A DNA stretch of 24,000 nt from NCBI GenBank assembly GCA_965227685.1, contig CBDDGA010000002.1:1732393-1756392 (forward strand), in the 5' to 3' direction. Source of the DNA: an uncultured Pseudohongiella sp. Lineage in GTDB: Bacteria; Pseudomonadota; Gammaproteobacteria; Pseudomonadales; Pseudohongiellaceae. Numbering within the stretch: the stretch's first letter is position 1; the number at the start of each line of letters is the position of its first letter. The position numbers and the translations under genes are program-made. Below the pieces are notes generated by a model. The model was not told where the DNA came from and ran no database searches. It saw only the letters and a program-made list of their open reading frames with translations. Positions 1-9,251 of this stretch are shown in pieces.

Positions 1-1090
1 CTCACCATTCTCAACCAGCTGTTGCCGAAATTCAGAGTATGCATCCATGAAACCGTTGGCTGCGGCATAGTCTGCCTGACCAACATTTCCGAGGACGCCA
101 GCAATCGATGAAAAACAGGCAAAGAAATCAAGAGAAATGTCGCTGGTAGCTTCATCAAGATTAACTAATCCGGATATTTTCGGATTAAGAACACTATTGA
201 AATCTTTCAGAGTCTTGTGAGTAATGTAGCTGTCGCGAATAATTCCAGCAGCATGAATAACACCATTTATTCTGCCATGTTCAGCGACTGTCTGGCTGAC
301 CAAAAATTCTACAGACTGTTTATCTGCTACATCGATTTGCAGGTACTTAACAGTTGCCCCTAAATCTCGAAGAAGGTCTAATGAAGCTTCTTGCTCAGTT
401 CCGAGCGTTGACCTTCCAACCAGTATCAACTTGCAATGAGAGCAATTTTCAGCAATTGCTCTGGAAACAATCAGCCCTAATCCACCGGCACCTCCGGTAA
501 TCAGATAAACACCCTCGTTAGACCATGGGCTATTACCCCTATCTCTACTTACATCACAGTCAGCAGATGGAACCCAGGACCGTATTTTTCGCAACTCACC
601 ATCATGGCGTATATGTAAATTACTTCCATGATGGGATTCCCTCTCCAAAAGCTCGAGAACTTCAGATAAATTTAACTGGGAACCCACTTCTATTAACTGG
701 CCGCGAAAATTCGGATTTTCCTTCCTGGCAGTCAGCAGTAGTGGATACAAGGCTTCTAGCAACAGGCCGGAAGCATTCAGAGGAATTACGATTTGCAGCA
801 AGGATGGCGTCTGATTGGACTTTAGCGACTCCTGCACCAGTAAGAAAACGTGTTCAGCAACCTCAAGGACACGGGTCGGGAGGTCTTCTGAATCTGGTAC
901 AAACAGGGAGAACTGGTTTGCACCCTTCTCGCGCGCTGCCTGCGATAAATACCCATCATGATCGAATTCCCCTGCTGAACTATCAGCCTGTACATCACAC
1001 AGAAGTACTTTTCCAGGAATCGCAGAGTCGTTATCAGCAGGCGAAGAAATCTCCTGAGGATGCCATTGTGGCACCAATAAATTTACTGCC
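1..1090 (-). other. PKS domain KR (structural plus catalytic subdomains, truncated by the window edge)
   Basis: LLVPQWHP... and LLLTARKENPNFRGQLIEV form the structural half. GVYLITGGAGGLGLIV is the Rossmann motif (TGGAGGLG at 475-498). Also INGVIHAAGIIRDS and FFACFSSIAGVLGNVGQADYAAANGFMDAY. Confidence 0.8.
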
Positions 1091-4000
1091 TTATTATCAT
1101 TCCCAACCGTGGAATCTTTGAAGTGAGAGCCAGGTGAACCTCCTGAATCCAAATCGGCTTGTTTATTCGCTTGAGATAATTCTGATGAAGCAATTGATTC
1201 ACTGGCAGATTGCGAGTCAGAATTATCGACCCAGTATCGAGTATTAGCGAAAGGATATGTAGGAAGCGGTATGCGGTAAGCAGAGCCGACATAGAACAGG
1301 TCGGCATAGTCAAGAACGGCTCCCTGAACATACAGTTGAGAAACAGCAGCTAGTAGTTCCTGTTTTTCTGCATAGCTCGTACTCTTCTGGTATTTGTAGA
1401 TGTAATTGTCATCCGGATTACCAGAACTGGAGCCCTGACCTTTAATATCGCTTGATAGACGTCCTGCTTGTAAATCTTGTGAACGCTCATTGCGTAACCA
1501 GCCGGAAAGCCTGGTCTTGAGCTGCTCAACATTGTCGACAACTAACGCAATGCGATATTCAAAGTGCTTTCTACCAGTCAATAATGTGAAGCTGATGTCA
1601 GCCAGATTCGCTGACGGGTTGCGCTCGCAAAAGGAAACAAGTGCACTGGCCTGATCCTGCAATTGCTCTTCATTCATAGCAGATAGCGCAATAAGCGACG
1701 GGCTATCAGTCAATTCAACTCTTTCTTCGGAAGGCCCCTCCTCTACAACTATATGGGCATTGGTTCCACTAAACCCAAATGAGCTTACGGTGGCAACGCG
1801 CTTACCAGATGGCGTCACGTCCCAATTTTTTAGCTCGGTGTTTACATAAAGCGGACTGTTTTCAAAATCTATTGCAGGATTACCTGTTCCGAAATTCAGC
1901 GACGGAGGTATTTTTTTGTTTTTAATAGACAGAAGCACTTTTATAAGGCCCGCTACACCTGCGGCAGCCATGGTATGCCCCACATTTGTCTTTATGGAGC
2001 CTAATGCGCAGTGCCTATTACTTTCAGATTCACTCGTTAGCGCGCTGGCTAATGCCTTGAACTCTATCGGGTCTCCAAGTTTGGTGCCGGTACCATGAGA
2101 TTCGGCCATCTGAATCTGGCTTGCTGATATACCACACTGCTTATGCACACTTCGTATAAGTTGTTCCTGGGAAATGCCGTTCGGTGCAGTTATTCCATTC
2201 GTTTCGCCATCGTGGTTAATTCCGGATCCTTTAATCAAACCATATATGTGATCCTTATCTCTCAGCGCGTCTTCCACGCGCTTAAGCATTACTAGAGCAA
2301 CCCCTTCGCCAGGAACGAAGCCATCGGCCCTTTCATCAAATGCGTAACACTTCCCCGTTGGCGAAAGCATATTGGCATCATTCGCCTGAACAAATATCGA
2401 AGGAGTGCAAAGCAGAGTAACGCCGCCAGAGATTGCCATGTCAATCTCTCCAGATCTCAGCGATTGGCAAGCAGCATGTAAGGCCACCAGCGAACTGGAA
2501 CAAGCCGTATCTATTGTTACCGCCGGCCCTTCAAGGTCAAAATGGTAAGCAATACGACCTGCAACTACGGATGTTGCATTTCCCCAAAATGCCTGTGGAG
2601 GTGGGCTGGAAAATAGATTGCTATAGTCAGAGCCACAACAACCTACATAGACTCCACAACGGCGTCCTGCCATCGTTCCTGCATAGCCAGCATCTTCGGT
2701 GACTTTCCAGGCATTACTCAACAGTAACCGCTGTTGCGGATCCATATACTTGCATTCCAATGGAGACAAGCGAAAGAAGTCTGAATCAAATTCGTCAATT
2801 CCTTTGACAAATCCCCCATCTGTACATGTCTGTTCGGATTGGCTGGATAGTCCGTTTTTGTGAACATCTGCGCCCCAACGTAAAGCTGGCTCAATCAGTT
2901 CTTTCCCGTTCTCCAGATTTTTCCAAAGCGTATCTACATCCGGACTACCGGCAAATTGGCAACTAATTCCAATGACGGCAATCGCATCATTTTGAGAGCT
3001 TTCAATCCCTTCTTCGGCTTCTGGTATTAGAGACACATCTTTTATTTGCACAGTCGAAGTTCTTTTGAGCCCCAACACACCTGGATTACCAGTTTCACTA
3101 GTGGACGAAGGAGTTTTAGCCTTAGCGTCTAACGAATGAACTCCTTTATGTTCCGCAATGAATCTCGCAAATTTTTCTATCGTAGAGTTGTTATAAATGT
3201 CAGAAGCAGAGATATCTATCTCGAGCTTCTGATTGATCATTCCCACCCATTCAACTCCATTTATCGAGTCAAGCCCCAGTTCAATAAACGGAATATCTGA
3301 CTCGATATCAGAGCTATTCAGGTGCAGCATCTCACCAAGACTACGTTGTAGAAACTGCGTGAGCTCAACACCATCGATTAAAATTTCCTGATCCTGAGAC
3401 CCGACAATCGTGGTTGGATCACCTTCCGGTGAGACCTCCGAATGTGCAACCACATCATTGATTCGATGATTCAACGAACGATCTTCGGAAGCGGGAGCGG
3501 GAGCGGCAGTGACAGAAGTGAGCACAGTCGGTGACTCACCTGCGATAGCAAACCTCCCCCTGGAGATATCTGGAAGAGGTGAATGCTCAAATGATTCAAT
3601 CAGGTACTCTTTGAATTTCTCAAGTGTTGGGTAGTTATATATTTCGGAAGCCTCGACAGACCCACCAGTCTCTGAGTTAATCGTTTTCATCCATTCCACG
3701 GAAGAAATCGAATCTAGCCCAAGCTCACTGAATGGAAGGTCATCCTCAATATCATCCTCACTGATACATAACAGACTGGATAGCGTGGACCTTAGTAAAT
3801 GGTTTAGCCAATCAGCAGTTTGTGAGGCTACCGCATTTTCATCGGCATGAAGTTCGTTTTTAAACCCTGGATTGTTCGCACCAGTTAACTCTGCGTGAGT
3901 TTTAACCACCTCATCATTGAATGAAGTTTGCTGATCACCCTGATAGGGGATCTCAGTCGCAAGTTTCCAAAACGAGTAATCGAGGAAAGGATAAGTAGGC

Positions 4001-7000
4001 AAGCTAATTCTCGATGGAACGCCGCCTTCGAGATAAAGTGCATTCCAATCAACATCAAAGCCTTTGCACCATGCCTGAAGCAGTCTGGGCCAATCCCGTT
4101 GTTTCAGCCAGGAGCTACTCAATTCTTGTAGTTTCGCCTCTCCACCGAATTGTTGAAGCAATTCCGGGAGTGACTTTTTATTGTCGAAATTCAACTCTGT
4201 ATGATCTGGCCCTGCATGCAGAAAACCTCGTAGTTTTTCCTTCAACTGCAATACTGAACTGGCAGTAACCGCGAAGCGGTAATTCATCGCTTCTCTGCCA
4301 ACCTGCAGCGTATACGCCAGGCTAACCAGATCCTGATACGCATAATCCTGATGTTCAATAAATGAAAGCAAGTTAGCCGCGGCTTTCTTTAGCTGCGACT
4401 CTCCCTTAGCCGACAAAACGACTGCCACCGGGGAACCATCATTGCTGCCTTCGTTAGCAGAGTGTGAAACGGGAGAAATATATTCCTCCAGCACAAGGTG
4501 GGCATTAGTACCACTGAACCCGAATGAGTTAATGGCACAACGACGTACATCCTGCTCTCCCAACTCCCAGTCCACTAGCGAGGAATTGATATAAAAGGGA
4601 GATCCCTCAATTTCAATATGTTCATTCAGATTTTCAAAGCCAACAACCGGGGGAATCTTCTTGTTTTGTATGGCTAGCAAGCCCTTGATCACACTCGCCA
4701 CACCAGCAGCAGCTAGCGAATGTCCAATACAGCTTTTGGCTGAACCAAGCGCACAACTGGCTTCTTTTCTATTCGTCGAGTCAAATGCATTAATCAATGC
4801 CTCAACCTCAATCGGATCTCCAAGTTTGGTGCCAGTTCCATGCGCTTCCAATAAACTTATCGAGTCCGGATCTATGCCGAATTTTTCATGTACCTGCTTT
4901 TCTAGCGAAATTTGAGACTGGCAGCTTGGGGCAGTAATTCCATTTGTCCTTCCATCCTGATTAACACCCCAGGCACGAATTACACCTTTTATTGGATCAC
5001 CGTCTCTTTGTGCGTCCGCCAGCGGTTTTAGAAGGACTGCTCCCACACCTTCACTGGGAACAAATCCATTGGCCTTGTCGTCGAATGCAAAACATCGACC
5101 ATCTTCAGATAACATTCCTCCGCGACCTGCCATGACATGCAAACTCGGGTCAGGCAATACAGAAACGCCTCCAGCCAGAGCCAGATCACAGTTTCCCAGA
5201 ATGAGGTTATTGCATGCCTCTGCTATAGCGACGAGAGATGATGAACAGGCTGTATCAATTGTTAAACAAGGACCATTGAGGTTCAGATAAAAGGCAATCC
5301 TGGCCGCCAATATCGATACCGAATTTCCGATTAGTGCCTGCGCAGTCCATGAATCGGGATTACTGTTTATCCCATAGTTATTGCGTAATGACCCAACGAA
5401 AACACCACAGCTTTTTCCTGACAGGTTCTTGGGATTAATTCCAGCGTCTTCTATGCACTGCCAACTGGATTGGAGAAACAGCCTTTGTTGAGGATCGATG
5501 ACTTCAGCTTCGGCAGGAGACAATTCGAAGAAACGTGGATCAAACTTGTCCGCATTTTCCAAAACTCCCATCTTTTGACAGGAAAGGAGACTTGTATCTG
5601 TTAGTCCCCAGCGTTCCAGTGGAACATCAGATACACAGTTAACACCTTCGGAAAGGTTCTTCCAGTATTCTTCCAAATTGGAGGATTCAGGAAACTGTCC
5701 GGATACTCCGATTATCGCAATCGCACGGCTATCGACTTCCTCATTTACTTTTTCCGGCTGCAACGATAGATCATGGTCAAACTTAGCGTAACCCTTTTCA
5801 ATCTGTTCATCTCTGGTTGGAGCGGGTATCGAGACTGAGGGTTCATTGGCTACATTTTCTGAGACTGAGGGATTTTCTGAGACTGTGCGCTCAGCACCGA
5901 GCCCAACCAGGTGCATCGCCAAATCGGCAATCGTGGGGAAATCGTATAACGTCGACACCGTGATCGAAGATGAAAATTCATTTTTCAGAAAGCGGGTCCA
6001 TTCAGCCCCTATGATAGAATCTATCCCCAACTCTACGAATGAAACGTCAGATGCAATCTCGTCTGCCTCTACATAGAGCACTTCCGCGAGACTTTTTGTG
6101 AGCATCTCGATAGTTGCATCACGCAAACTCCCGGATGATGCAGATGATGCTCCACTGGCTGTCTCCAATGCCGGTGGAGATAGTGAATGATCCACTACAG
6201 TTGCAGAGCCGCAATCAATGCTGGTGACCCTGGCTTCATTCAGAATTAGTGGCATCAGATAGTTTGATAACTGCTGAACACTAGGGTGGTCGTAGAGCAC
6301 AGATACTGATTGCTGCAATCCAAACCGACTATTTATCCAGCGAATCCATTCTGCACTCAGAATGGAATCGAGCCCTAATTCAATGAATACCGCATCTAAT
6401 TCAACATCGGAAACGTCAACATAGAAAATTTCGGACAGGCTGGATAGTAAGCAACTTTGCAATTCCTGAATCGTGCAAGGCCTCTGGTTATTCCCGTCTT
6501 CCACCTCGCCGAGAGTGAAAGATTTCTGGCTTTCAGATGCTGACGCAGGAACTACGGACGCAGGAGAATCAGGGATTTCCTTTGTACTATCGTCGTCTAT
6601 AGTTGTTGACAGTTGTGACGCCAGATGCCCTGCAAGATTTCTGACCGTTGAATGATCATATAGAATCGAAACCGTTAGTTTTCTGCCGAATTCATTTTCA
6701 ATCCAGCGCAGCCATTCAACAGAGATGATTGAATCCAATCCCAATTCGACGAAGCTGCTGTCCTCATCAAGAGAGTCTTCGTCAATAAACATAAGCTCGG
6801 CGAGGCTGGCACGTAACCTGGCTTCAATATCTCTTCTGGTATCAACTACTGATGAAGCTACCTGGGCAGAGTGCGGAGAAGTAACTGAGTCTAACGGTAT
6901 GTTCTCGATTTCGGATGGTTCATCTGATTGGTTACTGTCAGAGGTACTGGAGAAATCGACCGGAGAAAGTAATCGTTTTTTGGACGAACTGTCGTGATTC

Positions 7001-8991
7001 TTTTCAGCCTCATTCCTGACTTGCAGTTCTTTTGGTGAAATATCTGTATTCTTTTCAATGCCGGTTGAGTCCTGATGATTGCCGAAGACAAACTTACTTC
7101 CGACAGGTCTTGGATTAACATTCTTGCAATGCCCTATCCAGAATGAACTTCTGGCAAATGGATACGTGGGCAGATTTAGTCGCGCAGGAAGTGAGCCACC
7201 ATTGTAAAGCTCTCGCCAATCTACATTTTCTCCACCTAACCATAATTGCAGAAGTTTATTTAGCTCGGGCTCTTCGAAGTCATTGTCAATTCTTGATAAT
7301 GAACCGTGTACAGGATCTGAGGTAGTAGTTCCTGATTTCGACGGCTCAACACAACGAGCCATTGCTGCACTATTGGTGGACAATCTGCTTAGCTCATCCA
7401 GCAATGAGGTCATGGAAGACACAACCATACCCCAGCGGTACTTCATTGGTTTGCGCCCCACCTGCAGGGTATAGGCAATATTGGATAGCCTGTCGTCAGA
7501 ATAATTTTGCGTCTTGATATGCTGTACGAGTCGACGCGCGATTGCGGCTAATTGATCATTAGTTCTGGCTGACAGAATGATCAATTCAGGATTAGGTCTC
7601 TGAGATGATGAATCTACACTCTGTTGCTTTGGTGGCTCGACGTATTCTTCAATGAGAATATGAGAATTCACCCCACCAAATCCGAATGAACTGACGCCCG
7701 CTCGCCTGGGTTCTCCATCAGGATGGGCTTCCCAAGCCTCAAATTCTGTAACTACACGAAATGGGCTTCCCTCCAGCTTTATGTTTGAATTCAGGCTCTC
7801 GAAATTCAGACTTGCCGGTATAGCTTTATGCTTTAACGACATCAGAACTTTTACGATTCCAGCAATCCCCGCTGCGGCTTCCAGATGTCCAATATTGGTT
7901 TTGACACTGCCAACCCCGCAACTTTGAGCAGATAGATCGATGCCTTCCGACTCTGCCATCGCCTGATATGCCTTCACCAGTGCATTGAACTCTGCAGGAT
8001 CACCTTTCTGAGTTCCAGATCCATGCGCCTCTACATAGCTGATCTTGTCCGGTGACAGTCCTGATTTTCTGAATACATCAACGAGCATTTGATATTGCGC
8101 GTCCAGGCTCGGAGATGTGACTGTCGATACCTTGCCGCCGTGATTTACTACTGAGCCTGCTACCAGTCCGTAGACATGATCTCCATCAGCCAAGGCTTTA
8201 TCCAAAGGCTTCAATAGAACTAATGCCGCTCCCTCACCTCGCACATAGCCATCGGCGTTTTCGTCAAAGCTTCTACATTTTCCGGTTGGAGAGAGCATGC
8301 CGGCTTTTGAAAAAGCCACATGATAGGTAGGTGTGCATATCAGACTGACGCCGCCCGCTAACGCTGTAGAACACTCACCATTCTTGAGCGCGGTTACCGC
8401 CTGATGTAGTGCAACTAGTGAACTTGAACATGCCGTATCGATTTGCAAGCTTGTTGATTTGAAATCAAATTCATAAGAAATTCGATTTGGAATTAATGAG
8501 GAGAATGTTCCTGTTGCAGCATGTCCTTCGATGGCACTTTCTGGACCTACAAGTAATTCCTTGTAGTCGTTGCTGGCGGAACCAATAAAGACCCCGGTGT
8601 CTGACCCTCTGAAGTCCTGGGGCGAATACCCAGCGTCTTCGATGCAGCTCCATGCAAGTTCAAGCATGAGCCTCTGCTGAGGATCCATATACACAGCTTC
8701 ACGTGAGGAGATATTGAAAAACTTGGCATCGAAAGCGTCCACATTCTCCAGAAACCCTCCCCATCTACTCACAGTGGAGTTAGGCCTGGTTGCATCTGAC
8801 GAATAGTAGTCGTCTACGTACCAACGGTCTTTTGGCACTTCCTTAATAGAGCTCTTTGAACTGGCAAGGTTATTCCAGTAAGCATGATAGTCCTCAGCAT
8901 CTGGAAACTTGCAGCTGATACCAACTATTGCAATCTTGGCCTCATTTCCGTCCTCGGACTTCCTGGCTTTGTATTGAATAACTTTGGGCAT
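1..8991 (-). CDS. Modular trans-AT-type polyketide synthase, N-terminal 2997 aa. The C-terminus lies beyond the left edge. Domain order: KS-ACP-ACP-ACP-KS-ACP-ACP-KS-KR.
   Basis: Hand translation of the minus strand. ATG at 8991-8989 has GGGAG 9 nt upstream. The frame contains no stop codon down to base 1, so an ORF caller that needs a stop would not list it. There are three complete KS motif sets (DTACSSS; HGSGT or HGTGT; NIGH, CIGH or NVGH), five carrier-protein G(L/I)DS motifs, and a KR Rossmann TGGAGGLG plus SSIAGVLGNVGQADYAAAN. No acyltransferase region lies between any KS and ACP. Each KS is followed by a roughly 160-aa flanking region ending in LPTYPF..(F/Y)W, as in AT-less PKSs. Confidence 0.9.
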   Translation of the reverse strand, partial: MPKVIQYKARKSEDGNEAKIAIVGISCKFPDAEDYHAYWNNLASSKSSIKEVPKDRWYVDDYYSSDATRPNSTVSRWGGFLENVDAFDAKFFNISSREAVYMDPQQRLMLELAWSCIEDAGYSPQDFRGSDTGVFIGSASNDYKELLVGPESAIEGHAATGTFSSLIPNRISYEFDFKSTSLQIDTACSSSLVALHQAVTALKNGECSTALAGGVSLICTPTYHVAFSKAGMLSPTGKCRSFDENADGYVRGEGAALVLLKPLDKALADGDHVYGLVAGSVVNHGGKVSTVTSPSLDAQYQMLVDVFRKSGLSPDKISYVEAHGSGTQKGDPAEFNALVKAYQAMAESEGIDLSAQSCGVGSVKTNIGHLEAAAGIAGIVKVLMSLKHKAIPASLNFESLNSNIKLEGSPFRVVTEFEAWEAHPDGEPRRAGVSSFGFGGVNSHILIEEYVEPPKQQSVDSSSQRPNPELIILSARTNDQLAAIARRLVQHIKTQNYSDDRLSNIAYTLQVGRKPMKYRWGMVVSSMTSLLDELSRLSTNSAAMARCVEPSKSGTTTSDPVHGSLSRIDNDFEEPELNKLLQLWLGGENVDWRELYNGGSLPARLNLPTYPFARSSFWIGHCKNVNPRPVGSKFVFGNHQDSTGIEKNTDISPKELQVRNEAEKNHDSSSKKRLLSPVDFSSTSDSNQSDEPSEIENIPLDSVTSPHSAQVASSVVDTRRDIEARLRASLAELMFIDEDSLDEDSSFVELGLDSIISVEWLRWIENEFGRKLTVSILYDHSTVRNLAGHLASQLSTTIDDDSTKEIPDSPASVVPASASESQKSFTLGEVEDGNNQRPCTIQELQSCLLSSLSEIFYVDVSDVELDAVFIELGLDSILSAEWIRWINSRFGLQQSVSVLYDHPSVQQLSNYLMPLILNEARVTSIDCGSATVVDHSLSPPALETASGASSASSGSLRDATIEMLTKSLAEVLYVEADEIASDVSFVELGIDSIIGAEWTRFLKNEFSSSITVSTLYDFPTIADLAMHLVGLGAERTVSENPSVSENVANEPSVSIPAPTRDEQIEKGYAKFDHDLSLQPEKVNEEVDSRAIAIIGVSGQFPESSNLEEYWKNLSEGVNCVSDVPLERWGLTDTSLLSCQKMGVLENADKFDPRFFELSPAEAEVIDPQQRLFLQSSWQCIEDAGINPKNLSGKSCGVFVGSLRNNYGINSNPDSWTAQALIGNSVSILAARIAFYLNLNGPCLTIDTACSSSLVAIAEACNNLILGNCDLALAGGVSVLPDPSLHVMAGRGGMLSEDGRCFAFDDKANGFVPSEGVGAVLLKPLADAQRDGDPIKGVIRAWGVNQDGRTNGITAPSCQSQISLEKQVHEKFGIDPDSISLLEAHGTGTKLGDPIEVEALINAFDSTNRKEASCALGSAKSCIGHSLAAAGVASVIKGLLAIQNKKIPPVVGFENLNEHIEIEGSPFYINSSLVDWELGEQDVRRCAINSFGFSGTNAHLVLEEYISPVSHSANEGSNDGSPVAVVLSAKGESQLKKAAANLLSFIEHQDYAYQDLVSLAYTLQVGREAMNYRFAVTASSVLQLKEKLRGFLHAGPDHTELNFDNKKSLPELLQQFGGEAKLQELSSSWLKQRDWPRLLQAWCKGFDVDWNALYLEGGVPSRISLPTYPFLDYSFWKLATEIPYQGDQQTSFNDEVVKTHAELTGANNPGFKNELHADENAVASQTADWLNHLLRSTLSSLLCISEDDIEDDLPFSELGLDSISSVEWMKTINSETGGSVEASEIYNYPTLEKFKEYLIESFEHSPLPDISRGRFAIAGESPTVLTSVTAAPAPASEDRSLNHRINDVVAHSEVSPEGDPTTIVGSQDQEILIDGVELTQFLQRSLGEMLHLNSSDIESDIPFIELGLDSINGVEWVGMINQKLEIDISASDIYNNSTIEKFARFIAEHKGVHSLDAKAKTPSSTSETGNPGVLGLKRTSTVQIKDVSLIPEAEEGIESSQNDAIAVIGISCQFAGSPDVDTLWKNLENGKELIEPALRWGADVHKNGLSSQSEQTCTDGGFVKGIDEFDSDFFRLSPLECKYMDPQQRLLLSNAWKVTEDAGYAGTMAGRRCGVYVGCCGSDYSNLFSSPPPQAFWGNATSVVAGRIAYHFDLEGPAVTIDTACSSSLVALHAACQSLRSGEIDMAISGGVTLLCTPSIFVQANDANMLSPTGKCYAFDERADGFVPGEGVALVMLKRVEDALRDKDHIYGLIKGSGINHDGETNGITAPNGISQEQLIRSVHKQCGISASQIQMAESHGTGTKLGDPIEFKALASALTSESESNRHCALGSIKTNVGHTMAAAGVAGLIKVLLSIKNKKIPPSLNFGTGNPAIDFENSPLYVNTELKNWDVTPSGKRVATVSSFGFSGTNAHIVVEEGPSEERVELTDSPSLIALSAMNEEQLQDQASALVSFCERNPSANLADISFTLLTGRKHFEYRIALVVDNVEQLKTRLSGWLRNERSQDLQAGRLSSDIKGQGSSSGNPDDNYIYKYQKSTSYAEKQELLAAVSQLYVQGAVLDYADLFYVGSAYRIPLPTYPFANTRYWVDNSDSQSASESIASSELSQANKQADLDSGGSPGSHFKDSTVGNDNKAVNLLVPQWHPQEISSPADNDSAIPGKVLLCDVQADSSAGEFDHDGYLSQAAREKGANQFSLFVPDSEDLPTRVLEVAEHVFLLVQESLKSNQTPSLLQIVIPLNASGLLLEALYPLLLTARKENPNFRGQLIEVGSQLNLSEVLELLERESHHGSNLHIRHDGELRKIRSWVPSADCDVSRDRGNSPWSNEGVYLITGGAGGLGLIVSRAIAENCSHCKLILVGRSTLGTEQEASLDLLRDLGATVKYLQIDVADKQSVEFLVSQTVAEHGRINGVIHAAGIIRDSYITHKTLKDFNSVLNPKISGLVNLDEATSDISLDFFACFSSIAGVLGNVGQADYAAANGFMDAYSEFRQQLVENGE
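1741..2990 (-). other. PKS domain KS3 (catalytic triad intact)
   Basis: IAVIGISCQFA start. IDTACSSSLVAL (Cys codon 2500-2502). ESHGTGTKLGD. KTNVGHTMAAAG. Ends at GTNAHIVVEE. Confidence 0.85.
3165..3385 (-). other. PKS domain ACP5
   Basis: FIELGLDSINGVEWVGMI. Ser codon 3265-3267. Trp at Ser+6. Confidence 0.8.
3610..3830 (-). other. PKS domain ACP4
   Basis: FSELGLDSISSVEWMKTI. Ser codon 3709-3711. Trp at Ser+6. Confidence 0.8.
4485..5740 (-). other. PKS domain KS2 (catalytic triad intact)
   Basis: IAIIGVSGQFP start. IDTACSSSLVAI (Cys codon 5245-5247). EAHGTGTKLGD. KSCIGHSLAAAG. Ends at GTNAHLVLEE. Confidence 0.85.
5915..6130 (-). other. PKS domain ACP3
   Basis: FVELGIDSIIGAEWTRFL. Ser codon 6016-6018. 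Trp at Ser+6. Confidence 0.8.
6255..6480 (-). other. PKS domain ACP2
   Basis: FIELGLDSILSAEWIRWI. Ser codon 6364-6366. Trp at Ser+6. Confidence 0.8.
6620..6850 (-). other. PKS domain ACP1
   Basis: FVELGLDSIISVEWLRWI. Phosphopantetheine Ser codon 6730-6732. Trp at Ser+6 (codon 6712-6714). Confidence 0.8.
7645..8943 (-). other. PKS domain KS1 (ketosynthase, catalytic triad intact)
   Basis: IAIVGISCKFP start. Active-site Cys in IDTACSSSL (codon 8428-8430). EAHGSGTQKGD (His codon 8023-8025). KTNIGHLEAAAG. Ends at GVNSHILIEE. Confidence 0.85.
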
Positions 8992-9199
8992 TTAGAAGCG
9001 CTCCCACATTTCAGCATTCAGTCGTTAACATTAATTCTTCAACGCTCGTTCTAATCAAAGCATCTAAGACTTGTAAATCCGAACTCACAAAAACAATGAT
9101 TGGACGTACTTTGAATTTGTGTTACCGGAATATCGTATTTAAATATTTTGATACACGGTCTGCGTACGCTGGGTTGGCACATGACAGCCACGTATGTTT

Positions 9200-9247
9200 G
9201 CAGGAACGCTTTCCTGCTAATCCACAACGGCTAATCTAAAGTAGCCG
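9200..9247 (-). terminator. Two adjacent hairpins between the 138-aa ORF stop and the PKS start; possible terminator, attenuator or operator
   Basis: GCAGGAA-cgct-TTCCTGC (9200-9217, 7-bp stem) and CGGCTA-N8-TAGCCG (9228-9247). Neither is followed by a clear U-tract on the minus strand. Confidence 0.25.
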
Positions 9248-9251
9248 TATC

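Noticed and set aside
5834-5893. Short tandem nucleotide repeat TCTGAGACTGAGGG (encoding VSENPS-like repeats), and the GCGGGA repeats at about 3486-3510
   Set aside because: This is low-complexity Ser/Pro/Ala interdomain linker sequence, typical of megasynthases, and not an independent repeat element or CRISPR.
525-8744. About 20 track ORFs of 60-198 aa on the plus strand, plus off-frame minus-strand ORFs (for example 525-1121, 2433-2702, 4661-4915, 6725-6997, 8471-8744)
   Set aside because: All lie inside the continuous PKS reading frame, either antisense to it or out of frame with it. Their products are low-complexity with no motifs or RBS. They are shadow ORFs.
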